From contig JBKDJY010000081.1 in assembly GCA_046345275.1 (NCBI GenBank), forward strand, positions 1-31,772: a DNA stretch of 31,772 nucleotides, given 5' to 3'. Positions 1 through 10,860 of this stretch are shown in pieces (the first letter of the stretch is position 1; each line of letters starts with the position of its first letter). The notes beneath the pieces were generated by a model. The model did no database searches. It worked only from the letters and a program-made list of their open reading frames with translations, and was not told the DNA's origin. A program made the translations under genes and the position numbers. This DNA comes from Bacteroidota bacterium. GTDB taxonomy: Bacteria > Bacteroidota > Bacteroidia > B-17B0 > Aurantibacillaceae.

Positions 1-276
1 ATAGATGGTATAGAACTTATTACAGGCATTAGAAACAACATGAAAAATATCCTTATGGAAATGCAAGATAAAATCTTACTCCGAAAAAGATCAGTTATTG
101 AAACTGTAAACGACGAGTTGAAAAACATATGTCAAGTAGAACATTCTAGACATCGTTCGTTCAATAATTTTATCACAAATTTACTTGCTGCAATCGCCAA
201 TTATTTTTTCTTTCCTATAAAACCAACCATTAGGTTTAACAATGATAGCAGAAAAGAATTGGGACTTATTTATTAA
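1..276 (+). CDS. IS982-family transposase, C-terminal fragment (5' part lies outside the window)
   Basis: Frame 1 is open from base 1 (IDGIELITGIRNN precedes the listed Met at 40). The tail RSVIETVNDELKNICQVEHSRHRSFNNFITNLLAA resembles the conserved C-terminal EHSRHRS..NF block of IS982-type DDE transposases. Confidence 0.7.
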   Translation: MDGIELITGIRNNMKNILMEMQDKILLRKRSVIETVNDELKNICQVEHSRHRSFNNFITNLLAAIANYFFFPIKPTIRFNNDSRKELGLIY

Positions 277-747
277 TCGAACTCAGGTTATTACGTTTAG
301 AGAATCGTAAATAAGCATAGAGCCCATTACGGTGGTGGTTGGTGCTGTTTGAGATTTTGCACAATAGCAAAATATAAGCGAAATGGTAAGAAGATGGTTT
401 TTCATAAGTCGTTTTTTTTTGACGTTTAAGATTACTTTTTATTCGACGAAGATGATGCTTATTTTTGATTTTGTAAAAAATAATTCATTATTACTTAAAA
501 CGACTTGATTCTCAGTGATTTAAAATTTTCAACAAATAAGATAGAACTAAAAAAGATTTGTTACTAACTGTGAAAGTGAAATTTTCATCTGCTAGAATAT
601 TTTACTTAAATTGGTAAAAATAATTGAATGGGAAAAGTCTTTAAAGGATTAATTTTACTGAATTTCACGCATTCTTTTCAATATTCGGTTGCGGATTTAT
701 GGAGAAACAAAAAAATTGTTCTAATAATTTTTCATGCAAAGAAATAA

Positions 748-1566
748 TTAACGTTTGGCAATAAACCAATTGTTCAATAAATTTTCTCGGTTATAAATCA
801 TTGGCTCATGCGTTAAGTAGTCTATCAATGTACAATTAGATTCTTGCAAAATTGATTGTCCAGCAGCTGTATCCCACTCCATCGTTGGTCCAAAACGAGG
901 ATATTCATCTGCAACACCTTCAGCGACTAAACACATTTTAATGCTACTACCAGCATTGATAATTGTTACTACTTTATGATGCAATTTTAAATTTTCAATG
1001 TGGGTATATGTTTCGCTACTCATGTGAGATCGACTGGCAACCACTACATAATTTTTTCGTAAATTTTTTATGGGTAATTTTTTAGCTACTTCTAATATCG
1101 AATTGAAGCTTGTTTCTTTGATATGATTAATTAATAAACCAAAGGCTTCTCCATCGATTTTATAGGCTCCGTTATTTTTATATGAAAAATACATGTCCTT
1201 TGAAACGGGGCAATAAATAACGCCCAAACTTGGTGAATTGTTTTCAACAAGTGCAATGTTTACAGTAAATTCTCCATTTCTTTTGACAAATTCTTTTGTT
1301 CCATCAAGTGGATCTACAATCCATAAACTATTCCAGTTTTTTCGAATATGATAATCTTCGTGGTTTCCTTCTTCACTTAATATTTGTATATCAAAGGGCT
1401 TTAAATATTCAATAATTTTATCATTGGCATTTTTATCGGCCAAAGTAACGGGTGTTTTATCAGGTTTTGTTTCAACACTAAAATCAGTTTCGTATACTTT
1501 CAATATTTCTTCTCCAGCTAAAACAGATGCAATGATGGCTTGGTGCAAAAGCGAACGATAATTCAT
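748..1566 (-). CDS. cysQ: 3'(2'),5'-bisphosphate nucleotidase / inositol-monophosphatase family (CysQ-like)
   Basis: 272 aa. IMPase-fold metal-binding motifs are present: ILSEEG and WIVDPLDGTKEFV. The C-terminal WDTAAG motif is also present. Confidence 0.8.
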   Translation of the reverse strand: MNYRSLLHQAIIASVLAGEEILKVYETDFSVETKPDKTPVTLADKNANDKIIEYLKPFDIQILSEEGNHEDYHIRKNWNSLWIVDPLDGTKEFVKRNGEFTVNIALVENNSPSLGVIYCPVSKDMYFSYKNNGAYKIDGEAFGLLINHIKETSFNSILEVAKKLPIKNLRKNYVVVASRSHMSSETYTHIENLKLHHKVVTIINAGSSIKMCLVAEGVADEYPRFGPTMEWDTAAGQSILQESNCTLIDYLTHEPMIYNRENLLNNWFIAKR

Positions 1567-1598
1567 AAAAGAAGAATTTTAAATTAAAAATAGTGCTT

Positions 1599-3608
1599 TT
1601 ACTTCAATAAATGAAATATGATAAAAGAAGATCCGTAAGCCAAGATACTCATAAAAACAAGTTGGATAAAAGGCCACTTCCAATGCTTGGTTTCGCTGTA
1701 AGTGGTTGCTAAAGTACTCATGCATTGCATGGCAAAAGCATAAAATATCAACAAGGACCAACACACGGCATTGGTATAAATGGGTTTTTGAGTGATAAGA
1801 TCTTTTTGGGAAGATAATTTTTCTCGTAATGTTGTATTGCCGTTAGAGGTATTTGAACTATAAATAGTAGCCATAGTAGAAACAAATACTTCCCTTGCCG
1901 CAAATGAAGTGATCAGCGCAATACCAATTTTCCAATCAAATCCTATGGGTTGAATGAGCGGTTCAATTTTTTTTCCAAAAATTCCAGCATAAGAAGATTC
2001 TAATTTTTGCGCGTTCAATTCATTTTGGCTTGTTTTCAAAGCAGTCGGGTCATTTTTGAATTTTACGGGAAAATCAGTTGGGCCGTGGCTTACAAGAAAC
2101 CAAAGAACAATAGAAATGGCTAAAATAATTTTGCCAGCATTGAATAAGAATAATTTTACTTTCTTAAAAACTAGCATGAAAACTGTTTGCCACTGAGGCA
2201 TTCTGTAAACAGGAAGTTCCATCATAAAATAATTTTTTTCATTTGATTTAAGAATCAATTTTAAAATAAAAGCGGCTAAAAATGCCATCCCAAAGCCTAA
2301 CAAATACATGAGCATTAATACAATTCCTTTATAATTAAACCCGTAGAACATGTGCTCATCTTTAAACATGATGCTGATGATTAAGGTGTAAACAGGTAAA
2401 CGAGCCGAACAACTAATTAATGGCGTCACTAAAATTGTAATGATTCTTGTTTTCCAATTCGTGATGGTTCTGGTACTCATGATAGAAGGGATGGCGCATG
2501 CAACACTGCTTATTAATGGTATGACTGATTTCCCATTGAGTCCAAATTTTTGCATGATTTTATCTAAAATAAAGCTAGCTCTGGCCATATAGCCAGTATC
2601 TTCCAAAACGGTGATAAATAAAAATAACAAAGCAATTTGAGGTATAAAAACGACTATCCCACTAATTCCAGCTAAAACACCATTCACAATCAAATCATTT
2701 AACTCACCATTTGGTAAAACATTTGAAGTAACATTCATAAAATAAGCAAATGATTTTTCAATCCATGCCATTGGGAAATCCGCGATAAAAAACACAAACT
2801 GAAAAACTATAAAAAGAATAAAAAAGAAAAATATAAACCCAAAAAATTTATGCGTAAAAACAGCATCTAATTTTTGCGTTAAACTTTTATTGAGTTGTTC
2901 CGGTTTTTTTATACATTTCGCAATGATGTAATTTAACTTATGAAATCGACTGATATTATCTTCTTTTTCAAACTGTTTAATTTTTTTAGAGTCTTCGTCA
3001 GTACAATTAAATTGCAACTCTACCAGCTCTTTATAAGTTTTTAAATTAGGAAAAAGGTTTAACTGTTTTTCAAAATGATAGAAAATAGAATGAGAGTCTT
3101 TGGCATTTAAAATTTTACTTTTTAATTCTTCTAAGCCTGTTTTTTTTCTCGAATCAACAAACACAACATGAATTCCTAAAATATTTTCTAATTCAGTTTT
3201 ATAAATGGTAATGTTTTGTTTTTTAGCTTCATCAATCATATTTAAAGCTAACACGCATGGAATTTTTAAATCAATTAATTGTGTTGCTAAGAGTAAATGG
3301 CGTTTTAAATTTGTTGAGTCTGCTACAATAACAATTACATCAGGTTTATCAGGCGCGTGACTTAAAATTGTTTTACATGAAACTTCTTCATCTAATGACT
3401 TTGGAAACAAGCTATAAGTGCCTGGCAAATCAGTTACTGAAAAGCTGGTATGATTATAGTTGAATTTTCCTTCATGCTTTTCAACTGTCACACCAGCATA
3501 ATTGCCGGTTTTTTGAGTTAACCCAGTCAAAGAATTAAATAAAGTTGATTTTCCACTATTTGGATTCCCAACCAATGCAATTCTAATTGTATGTGATTTG
3601 GCAATCAA
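1599..3608 (-). CDS. feoB: Ferrous iron transporter FeoB
   Basis: 669 aa. The N-terminal G domain has GNPNSGKSTLFN and DLPGTYSL, followed by a polytopic membrane domain. The apparent TTG start overlaps the feoA stop by 4 nt. Confidence 0.93.
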   Translation of the reverse strand: MIAKSHTIRIALVGNPNSGKSTLFNSLTGLTQKTGNYAGVTVEKHEGKFNYNHTSFSVTDLPGTYSLFPKSLDEEVSCKTILSHAPDKPDVIVIVADSTNLKRHLLLATQLIDLKIPCVLALNMIDEAKKQNITIYKTELENILGIHVVFVDSRKKTGLEELKSKILNAKDSHSIFYHFEKQLNLFPNLKTYKELVELQFNCTDEDSKKIKQFEKEDNISRFHKLNYIIAKCIKKPEQLNKSLTQKLDAVFTHKFFGFIFFFFILFIVFQFVFFIADFPMAWIEKSFAYFMNVTSNVLPNGELNDLIVNGVLAGISGIVVFIPQIALLFLFITVLEDTGYMARASFILDKIMQKFGLNGKSVIPLISSVACAIPSIMSTRTITNWKTRIITILVTPLISCSARLPVYTLIISIMFKDEHMFYGFNYKGIVLMLMYLLGFGMAFLAAFILKLILKSNEKNYFMMELPVYRMPQWQTVFMLVFKKVKLFLFNAGKIILAISIVLWFLVSHGPTDFPVKFKNDPTALKTSQNELNAQKLESSYAGIFGKKIEPLIQPIGFDWKIGIALITSFAAREVFVSTMATIYSSNTSNGNTTLREKLSSQKDLITQKPIYTNAVCWSLLIFYAFAMQCMSTLATTYSETKHWKWPFIQLVFMSILAYGSSFIIFHLLK

Positions 3609-3853
3609 ATTGTTTTATTTAATATCACATCATTGAGTATTGTAACCACAACTGTTGATGCTTCTTGTTTTCTTAAACTGAGTACATATCCCGAAACTTC
3701 AATAGCAATAGGATCTCCCATGGGGGCAATATTTACAACCTTCACAATTTCGCCTGGCAGGCAACCCATTTCAATAAATTTAAGTGACAAAAAATCATCT
3801 GTAAATTCTTGTACAACGGCACTTTGCCCGATTTTTAATTGGTCGAGGGTCAT
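3605..3853 (-). CDS. feoA: FeoA family iron transport protein
   Basis: Small SH3-like FeoA sequence (LDQLKIGQSAVVQEF...EMGCLPGEIVKVV...GDPIAIEVSG..LSLRK). The first ATG, at 3853, was chosen over the longer ORF that starts at 3901. The gene lies directly upstream of feoB. Confidence 0.85.
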   Translation of the reverse strand: MTLDQLKIGQSAVVQEFTDDFLSLKFIEMGCLPGEIVKVVNIAPMGDPIAIEVSGYVLSLRKQEASTVVVTILNDVILNKTI

Positions 3854-3997
3854 AAATAAAATAGCCTTTAAAGTTACAATTTTAAAAATGATGTGACGCA
3901 TACCTCAAATGTGGTATATCCTTCATTTTTGCTTTAAAAGGGCAAATACCATAAGCTAGCAATTTTATTATCTTTACAGCCTTAAAATGAATATTGG

Positions 3998-5581
3998 ATG
4001 ACATTTCTTGAAGAATTAAATAGGCGTAAGACCTTTGCTATCATTGCCCATCCTGACGCTGGAAAAACTACATTAACCGAAAAATTATTGTTGTTTGGCG
4101 GAGCAATACAATCGGCTGGAGCGGTAAAATCAAATAAAATAAAGAAAGCAACAACATCCGATTTTATGGAAATAGAAAAACAACGTGGTATTTCTGTTTC
4201 TACTTCTGTGATGGCTTTTGATTATAGAAATTTTAAAGTCAATATCTTAGATACGCCTGGACACGAAGATTTTGCTGAAGATACCTATAGAACACTTTCG
4301 GCAGTTGATAGTGTTATTATGGTGATTGATTGCGTGAAAGGTGTTGAGCCTCAAACAAGAAAATTATTAGAAGTTTGCAGAATGCGAAATACACCCGTTA
4401 TTGTTTTTGTAAATAAATTGGATCGTGAAGGGCAAAACGCTTTTGATTTACTTGACGAAATTGAAAAAGAATTAAAAATTAGGGTACGTCCATTAACTTG
4501 GCCAATAGGCATTGGTAAATCTTTTAAGGGCGTTTATAATTTATATGAAAAAAAATTATCCTTATTTAAAGGAGATAGCAAAACAACTGTAGAGGAAAAT
4601 ATAGTTATTGAAAATATTCATGATTCGAAAATTGAAAAATTAATTACAGAAGATTTTGCTAAACAGTTGAGAGCAGATATAGAATTGATTGACGGCGTTT
4701 ACGATAATTTTGATAAAGAATCTTATTTAAAAGCTAAGATTAGTCCCGTGTTTTTTGGAAGTGCGGTAAACAATTTTGGCATCAAAGAATTATTGGATTG
4801 TTTTGTTGAAATAGCGCCAACACCTCAAGGAAGAGACACAGATGTGGCAGGAGAAATAAAATCTGACGCATCAAAATTCAGCGGATTTATCTTTAAAATT
4901 CATGCTAATTTAGATCCCAAGCACCGAGATAGAATTGCTTTTTTAAGAATTGTATCTGGGAAATTCGAAAGAAATAAATATTACTATAATGTGCGTGAAA
5001 ATAAAGACATGCGTTTTAGCAATCCAACCGCTTTTATGGCACAACAAAAATCCGTTATTGATGAGTCCTTTCCAGGTGATGTAATTGGACTTTATGATGC
5101 CGGTAATTTTAAAATTGGTGATACATTAACAGAAGGTGTAAAATTTAATTTTAGAGGAATCCCAAGTTTTTCTCCAGAGTTGTTTAAGTATGTTACCAAT
5201 CTCGATCCGATGAAAACTAAGCAATTGCAGAAGGGATTGGAACAATTAACAGATGAAGGCGTTGCGCAACTATTTACAAAAAAAGCGGATGGACGAAAAG
5301 TTGTTGGAACAGTTGGAGCTTTACAATTTGAAGTAATTCAACACCGTTTAAAAAGTGAATATAATGCCTCATGTGGGTATGATTCAATCAATTTATACAA
5401 AGCACTTTGGATTGAATGCAATGATAAAAAAAAGATGGATGAGTTTTTAATAGACAAAGCAAATCATATTGCTTACGATAAAGAAAATCGTTTGGTTTTT
5501 TTAGCTGAATCAGCTTGGCTTTTAGAAATGGCACAAACTAAATTTCCTGAAATTAAATTTCATTTGAAGAGTGAGTTTTAA
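3998..5581 (+). CDS. prfC: Peptide chain release factor 3 (translational GTPase)
   Basis: 527 aa. GTPase motifs [21 protein letters not shown] and NKLDR are present, and the length and architecture are typical of RF3. Confidence 0.93.
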   Translation: MTFLEELNRRKTFAIIAHPDAGKTTLTEKLLLFGGAIQSAGAVKSNKIKKATTSDFMEIEKQRGISVSTSVMAFDYRNFKVNILDTPGHEDFAEDTYRTLSAVDSVIMVIDCVKGVEPQTRKLLEVCRMRNTPVIVFVNKLDREGQNAFDLLDEIEKELKIRVRPLTWPIGIGKSFKGVYNLYEKKLSLFKGDSKTTVEENIVIENIHDSKIEKLITEDFAKQLRADIELIDGVYDNFDKESYLKAKISPVFFGSAVNNFGIKELLDCFVEIAPTPQGRDTDVAGEIKSDASKFSGFIFKIHANLDPKHRDRIAFLRIVSGKFERNKYYYNVRENKDMRFSNPTAFMAQQKSVIDESFPGDVIGLYDAGNFKIGDTLTEGVKFNFRGIPSFSPELFKYVTNLDPMKTKQLQKGLEQLTDEGVAQLFTKKADGRKVVGTVGALQFEVIQHRLKSEYNASCGYDSINLYKALWIECNDKKKMDEFLIDKANHIAYDKENRLVFLAESAWLLEMAQTKFPEIKFHLKSEF

Positions 5582-5631
5582 TTAATATTTTAAAAAATTA
5601 GTTTGACTTCAAAAAATTAATAATAAACAAC

Positions 5632-6237
5632 ATGGCAAATATTTTCGAATTTAACGGCTATAAACCAGTCATTCATAAGTCATCTTTTGTACATCCAAAT
5701 GCAGCTGTTACTGGCAATGTCATCATCGGAAAAAACGTTTATATAGGTCCAGGCGCTGCAATTAGAGGTGATTGGGGAAAAATAATCATTGAAGATGGAT
5801 GCAATGTTCAAGAAAACTGCACCTTACACATGTTCCCCGGAACAACAGTGTTATTAAAAGAAGGTGCACATATTGGCCATGGTGCAATTATACATGGCGC
5901 AATAATTGGTAAAAATAGTTTAATTGGAATGAATGCGGTGGTGATGGACAATGTGCAAATTGGTGATCATTGCATTGTTGGAGCTTTATGTTTTGTGCCC
6001 GCAGAAATGTTTATTGAGCATCGAAAAGTAGTGGTAGGAAATCCAGCTAAAGTTGTAAAAGATGTAAGCGACGACATGATTGCTTGGAAAACAAAAGGAA
6101 CCGCATTGTATCAACAACTTCCAGCAGATTGCTTCGCTTCTCTGAAACCATGCGAACCACTTCGTAGAGCTCCAGCTTACCAAGCCATTCAACAAAACAA
6201 CTATAAAACTTGGAAGGTAGAAAAAAAGAAAAAATAA
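5632..6237 (+). CDS. Left-handed beta-helix (hexapeptide repeat) protein, gamma-carbonic-anhydrase-like / PaaY-CaiE type
   Basis: 201 aa. Repeated hexapeptide pattern (VTGNVIIGKNVYIGPGAAIRGD..., IGHGAIIHGAIIGKNSLIGMNAVV) with a C-terminal helical tail. Confidence 0.75.
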   Translation: MANIFEFNGYKPVIHKSSFVHPNAAVTGNVIIGKNVYIGPGAAIRGDWGKIIIEDGCNVQENCTLHMFPGTTVLLKEGAHIGHGAIIHGAIIGKNSLIGMNAVVMDNVQIGDHCIVGALCFVPAEMFIEHRKVVVGNPAKVVKDVSDDMIAWKTKGTALYQQLPADCFASLKPCEPLRRAPAYQAIQQNNYKTWKVEKKKK

Positions 6238-6244
6238 AGCGTTC

Positions 6245-7534
6245 TTAATAATTCATCAAAGATTCTATTTCATCCGCTTCTAATGGAATATTTTTCATTA
6301 AATCAATATTTCCATCTTTGGTAATAACGATGTTATTTTCTAAACGAATTCCCAAACCTTCTTCTGGAATGTAAATACCTGGTTCAACCGTAAAGGCATT
6401 TCCAATTTGCATGGGCTCATAAAACAAACCCACATCATGCACATCTAAACCAATGAAATGAGAAGTGCCATGCATAAAGTATTTTTTATATGCGGGCCAT
6501 TCTGGGTTTTGATTTTTAACATCTGTTGTTTTTAACAAACCCAATTGTAATAATTCTTCCGTCATTAAATCGCCCACGCTCTTATTATATTTTTCAAATG
6601 TATTGCCAGCTTTAAGCAAATTAGTTGCAGCTTTCATCACTTTTAAAACGGAATGATAAACCTCTTTTTGTCGTTTAGAAAACTTGCCATTAACGGGCAA
6701 ACACCTTGTTAAATCACTCGCGTAATTAGAATATTCCGCGGCTACATCTAATAAAATCACATCCCCATCTTTACAAATTTTGTTATTATCTACATAGTGT
6801 AAAACACAAGCACTAGGTCCACTGGCAATGATTGGCCCATAAGCAAATCCTCGACTTTTATTTCTTATAAATTCGTGTATGAGCTCGGCTTCAATTTCGT
6901 ATTCGGCAATGCCAACTTTAATAAACTTTAATAAACGACGAAATCCTTTCTCAGTAATATTGCAAGCCTGTTGCATTAATTCAATTTCAATGGGATGTTT
7001 AACAGAACGGATGCGGTGCAAGATTGGTGCAGAACGCTGCATGGTATGTAATGGAAATTGCAATTTAATGCGATTATTAAAACGCATTTCAGCAGTTTCC
7101 ATATCGATATAGCGGCGTGTATGTTCATTACTATTTAAGTAAATATTTTCTGCTTGAAAAATGAGCGACTTCAATATTTTATCAAATTCCGAAATCCAAT
7201 AAATATGATCAATACCGCTTACTTTTTTAGCTTCATCTTTATTTAATTTAGCACCTTCCCATACGGCAATTAAATCACTTGTTTCTTTTAAAAATAGAAC
7301 CTCTTTATGTTTGCCATCTTTCACGTCAGGAAACAAAAGCAAGATTGAATCTTCTTGATCGATGCCTGATAAATAAAATAAATCACTATTCTGAATAAAT
7401 CCAAATGAGCCATCACCATTGGTGGGTAATATATCATTGCTCACAAAAAGGGCTAAAGAGTTTGGCTTTAAATGCTTGATATAGTTAGCTCTATTGTCCT
7501 TAAATAAATTATTGTTTATTGTTTCGTATTTCAT
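6245..7534 (-). CDS. pepP: Xaa-Pro aminopeptidase (M24B family)
   Basis: 429 aa. An AMP_N-like N-terminus is followed by M24 metal-ligand blocks (DVAAEY..YASD, HGTSHFIGLDVHD, EPGIY, IRLEN). Confidence 0.88.
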   Translation of the reverse strand: MKYETINNNLFKDNRANYIKHLKPNSLALFVSNDILPTNGDGSFGFIQNSDLFYLSGIDQEDSILLLFPDVKDGKHKEVLFLKETSDLIAVWEGAKLNKDEAKKVSGIDHIYWISEFDKILKSLIFQAENIYLNSNEHTRRYIDMETAEMRFNNRIKLQFPLHTMQRSAPILHRIRSVKHPIEIELMQQACNITEKGFRRLLKFIKVGIAEYEIEAELIHEFIRNKSRGFAYGPIIASGPSACVLHYVDNNKICKDGDVILLDVAAEYSNYASDLTRCLPVNGKFSKRQKEVYHSVLKVMKAATNLLKAGNTFEKYNKSVGDLMTEELLQLGLLKTTDVKNQNPEWPAYKKYFMHGTSHFIGLDVHDVGLFYEPMQIGNAFTVEPGIYIPEEGLGIRLENNIVITKDGNIDLMKNIPLEADEIESLMNY

Positions 7535-7938
7535 ATGTCTGAATTATTTATTTTTTATGGTTACATGGTATATGCTTTTTAGTCAATGGGATGGTGCTTT
7601 AGGCAAACATGGGTATTTCATCGTGTTTTTTTTAAATGATGAGATTAATTAATGCCTTTGTTTTAAGGTAAATTTAGCTGAACAAAAATATAATTAACTG
7701 GCGAATAAACAATATGATGCAAGACCTTCATAAAAAAGAAATTTGATGATTATAAATTGTGATTAATGAAAATAAATATATTCAAATTAAAAAGATACAA
7801 TTGATGTTGCGATGAATCAAGAATCCTAATTAAAGCGCTAGGGCATTTTTTAATTCTTAATAATTTAAACAACTGTAAATTTTTGCTCCATTAAATTCAA
7901 ATATATTTCCGTACTTTGCTTATTTATTATTTGTAAGC

Positions 7939-9357
7939 TTGAAAAATATTAAAGAATACTTTAATGAACTGGCCTCCAAAAGGAAGAGACGAATAATTAC
8001 AAATTACTATTGGAAAGAAATTACAAATTATTGCAATTATTTTTCTCACCAAGACAACTCCGTTTTAGAAATTGGATGTGGAAGTGGTGATTTAATTGCA
8101 ACTATTTCCGGGAAAGAAAAAACAGGCATTGATTTTAGCAAAGGGCAAATTGCTTGGGCAAAAGAAAAACATGACGGTAAAAATGTAGAGTTTTTATTAA
8201 TGGATGCTGCCAATATCACTTTAACAAAAACATTTGATTATATCATCATCAGCAATTTAATTGGCTATTTGGATAACATACAAGTCGTTTTTGAGGAAGT
8301 AAAAAAAGTAAGTCATGCCAATACCAAAGTAATTGTTCAATACTATAATTCGCTGTGGGAACCTGTTTTAAAGTTTGCTGAGTTTCTTGGTTTAAAAACA
8401 AAAACGCCTACACAAAATTGGTTGAATTCTAAAGACGTCAATAACTTATTATTTATTTCTGGATTTGATGTTTATAGAAATAGTAAACGCTTTATTTTTC
8501 CTTTTTATGTTCCTTTAATTGCAGAAATATTTAATTTGGTTTTAGCCAAATTCCCTTTCTTTCGTTTTTTTAGTTTAAATAATTATTCGTTTGCAAAACC
8601 ATTACCTTTAAGTGATGAATCAGATTATCAAACTAAATACAGCACCACAGTTGTTATTCCAGCACGTAATGAAAGTGGTAATATAGAAAATGCCATCACG
8701 CGTTTACCAAAATTTGGAAAGCATGTTGAAATTATTTTTATTGAAGGAAACAGCACTGATGATACTTGGGATAAAATCAAGGAAGTACAAAAAAAATATG
8801 CTTCTACTCATGATATAAAAATAGGTCAACAAAAAGGAAAAGGAAAGGCAGACGCTGTGCGCGAAGGTTATAAAATTGCTACTGGAGATATATTAATGAT
8901 TTTAGATGCTGATTTGACGGTTCCACCAGAAGAGTTACCAAAATTTTACAATGCCATTGCTGGCAGCAAAGGTGATTTTATTAATGGCACCCGGTTGGTC
9001 TATCCAATGGAAAAAGAAGCCATGCGCTTGTTAAACTATTTAGGAAATCATTTTTTCAGTTGGGCATTTACCTGGTTGCTCGAACAGCGTTTTAAAGATA
9101 CACTTTGCGGAACGAAAGTTATGTTTAGAGAAGATTATATTAAGCTGACTAAAAATCGCAGCTACTTTGGCGAATTTGATCCTTTTGGAGATTTTGATTT
9201 ATTATTTGGCGCCTATAAATTAAATCTTAAAATTGTAGAAGTGCCCATTCGTTATAGGGAACGCACGTATGGCGAAACAAATATTTCTAGATTTAAGCAT
9301 GGCATCATTTTATTGCGCATGTGTGCGTTTGCAAGCAGAAAATGTAAATTTATTTAA
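7939..9357 (+). CDS. Bifunctional class I SAM-dependent methyltransferase / family 2 glycosyltransferase
   Basis: 472 aa. The N-terminal half has the SAM motif VLEIGCGSGD. The C-terminal half has GT2 motifs VVIPARNESGNIE and ILDADL. The start is TTG, and the next in-frame ATG is far downstream. Confidence 0.8.
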   Translation: MKNIKEYFNELASKRKRRIITNYYWKEITNYCNYFSHQDNSVLEIGCGSGDLIATISGKEKTGIDFSKGQIAWAKEKHDGKNVEFLLMDAANITLTKTFDYIIISNLIGYLDNIQVVFEEVKKVSHANTKVIVQYYNSLWEPVLKFAEFLGLKTKTPTQNWLNSKDVNNLLFISGFDVYRNSKRFIFPFYVPLIAEIFNLVLAKFPFFRFFSLNNYSFAKPLPLSDESDYQTKYSTTVVIPARNESGNIENAITRLPKFGKHVEIIFIEGNSTDDTWDKIKEVQKKYASTHDIKIGQQKGKGKADAVREGYKIATGDILMILDADLTVPPEELPKFYNAIAGSKGDFINGTRLVYPMEKEAMRLLNYLGNHFFSWAFTWLLEQRFKDTLCGTKVMFREDYIKLTKNRSYFGEFDPFGDFDLLFGAYKLNLKIVEVPIRYRERTYGETNISRFKHGIILLRMCAFASRKCKFI

Positions 9358-9365
9358 TTAAAAGA

Positions 9366-9854
9366 ATGATGCTAAAAGATATTGAAAACAGTAGAATTTG
9401 GATTTATACCTTAAGTAAAGAATTGTCGGAAGAAGAACTGACTACTTTCAAAAATAATTGTGAGGAGTTTGTAACCAATTGGAAAGCGCATGATATCAAA
9501 CTAGATGCTTCATGCGAAATATATAAAAATAGGATTTTGATTATTAAAGTAAATGAGGATTCTTACAATGCCAGTGGTTGCAGTATAGATGCGCAAATAA
9601 GATTTATAAAAAATCAAGAAAAAATATTTCAAGTCGAGCTTTTAAATAGAATGTTAGTAGCTTATGAAATAAATTCAGAGCTCATCATCACAACTCAAAG
9701 TAATATAAAAAAATTGCTACAACAAGGCACGATAAATAAAAACACATTGGTGTATAATAACACGCTAACAAATTCCATAGATTTAGAAAATAAATGGAAA
9801 GTAGAACTTAAAGATACATGGTTAGCAAACCTTGACAGACCAGAATTAAAATAA
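9366..9854 (+). CDS. Conserved hypothetical protein (a small Bacteroidota family often mislabelled 'ABC transporter ATPase')
   Basis: 162 aa. The block IWIYTLSKELSEEE...W.AH...L..S.EIYKNRILIIKVNEDSYNASGCSID matches my recollection of this family. No catalytic motif was recognised. Confidence 0.55.
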   Translation: MMLKDIENSRIWIYTLSKELSEEELTTFKNNCEEFVTNWKAHDIKLDASCEIYKNRILIIKVNEDSYNASGCSIDAQIRFIKNQEKIFQVELLNRMLVAYEINSELIITTQSNIKKLLQQGTINKNTLVYNNTLTNSIDLENKWKVELKDTWLANLDRPELK

Positions 9855-9857
9855 CAT

Positions 9858-10658
9858 ATGAGTTTAGTAAATGCATTTATCAATCAAATAGGAAGAGAAA
9901 TCGGACACGATGTTTATAGAAACTTACGAATACGTTCTTCAAAACACATCCCAACAATTTCTTACACAGACTTTAATGAGAACTTTAAAGCAGAAATTAA
10001 AAGCTTTGAATTAGCGGCTTATGATAAAGTAAGCGTGAGAAGTTTAATTAATCTCATCGAGAAATCTGAAAAAATCAATCCAAGATCATTTAACTGGCAA
10101 GACTGTTATATTGAACTCGATAATAAAATTGATTTTTGCAAAGAGCATCTTGACAAAGAACATTTGGATAAATTAGAGACATTAGATACAAAAAACGCAA
10201 TGAATTTTTCTGTTGCAAATGAGCAACACAAAAACCACATCGCTCAAACAATAGAGAAAATTAAAAAAGAAATAACAAAGTACGAAAGCCTTAACTTAGC
10301 TCTTGGTTTTTTACTTTCATTGATTGGAATGAATCCTATTTATTTTAAAATGAACTTTGGAAAAATATTTGGTCATTTGTTCGGAACAATTGTTGGTGCT
10401 ATTTGCTTCTATTACGGTTACGTTACATACATTGACCCGATAATGCATCACGGAAATTTACCAATAGAAAACGAAGCTCAAATAAAAATAGTTAAGAATG
10501 TTGGCATTGCTATCATTGTCATTGGGTCAATATTTTATTTTCCTGTTCTTATTACTTCTATTAAAAGAATAATGAATTTAAAAAAAATAAATAGTAATAA
10601 CCATGAGACATTATCTACACTAACCAAATATCTCGAAGAAGTAACCAAATCAAAATAA
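9858..10658 (+). CDS. Hypothetical membrane protein (soluble N-terminal half, about 3 C-terminal TM helices)
   Basis: 266 aa ORF that starts 3 nt after the previous stop. It contains an internal tandem EHLDKEHLDK and hydrophobic segments LALGFLLSLIG, FGTIVGAICFYYGYV and GIAIIVIGSIFYFPVLI. No family was recognised. Confidence 0.6.
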   Translation: MSLVNAFINQIGREIGHDVYRNLRIRSSKHIPTISYTDFNENFKAEIKSFELAAYDKVSVRSLINLIEKSEKINPRSFNWQDCYIELDNKIDFCKEHLDKEHLDKLETLDTKNAMNFSVANEQHKNHIAQTIEKIKKEITKYESLNLALGFLLSLIGMNPIYFKMNFGKIFGHLFGTIVGAICFYYGYVTYIDPIMHHGNLPIENEAQIKIVKNVGIAIIVIGSIFYFPVLITSIKRIMNLKKINSNNHETLSTLTKYLEEVTKSK

Positions 10659-10659
10659 C

Positions 10660-10854
10660 ATGAAAAACATAATTTTATTTATCTCAATTGTGACATTCTT
10701 TACCTTTTCTTCTTGCGAAAAGAAAAAGCAATGCGAACAAGTAAGAACAGGATGCGTTTGTAATGACAACACAACTTCAACAGCAACAGGTAGTGGCGCT
10801 TGTGCTGGACACGGTGGAGTAAAAGAATGGACTACAAAAGAAGTATGTAACTAA
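10660..10854 (+). CDS. Small Cys-rich lipoprotein, DUF3761-like
   Basis: 64 aa. Lipoprotein signal peptide with lipobox (FTFSSC). The mature part C.C.D.T.S...GSGAC.GHGGVKEW resembles the DUF3761 signature. The start is 1 nt after the upstream stop. Confidence 0.6.
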   Translation: MKNIILFISIVTFFTFSSCEKKKQCEQVRTGCVCNDNTTSTATGSGACAGHGGVKEWTTKEVCN

Positions 10855-10860
10855 TTTCAA

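Noticed and set aside
3633-3896. 87-aa plus-strand ORF antisense to feoA, plus similar antisense or shadow ORFs at 1579-1764, 5986-6195, 6879-7112, 9695-9883, 10998-11198, 12551-13044, 14257-14454, 15038-15292, 16100-16354, 16153-16344, 16829-17113, 17748-18069, 18325-18531, 19313-19555, 19869-20135, 20855-21061, 21230-21430, 22001-22249, 24390-24587, 25606-25788, 26971-27192, 27941-28252, 28629-28820, 29584-29766, 29858-30058, 30110-30741 and 31018-31215
   Set aside because: Each lies inside or overlaps a longer ORF with clear family motifs on the other strand or frame. Each has low-complexity or atypical composition, so they are treated as non-coding shadows.
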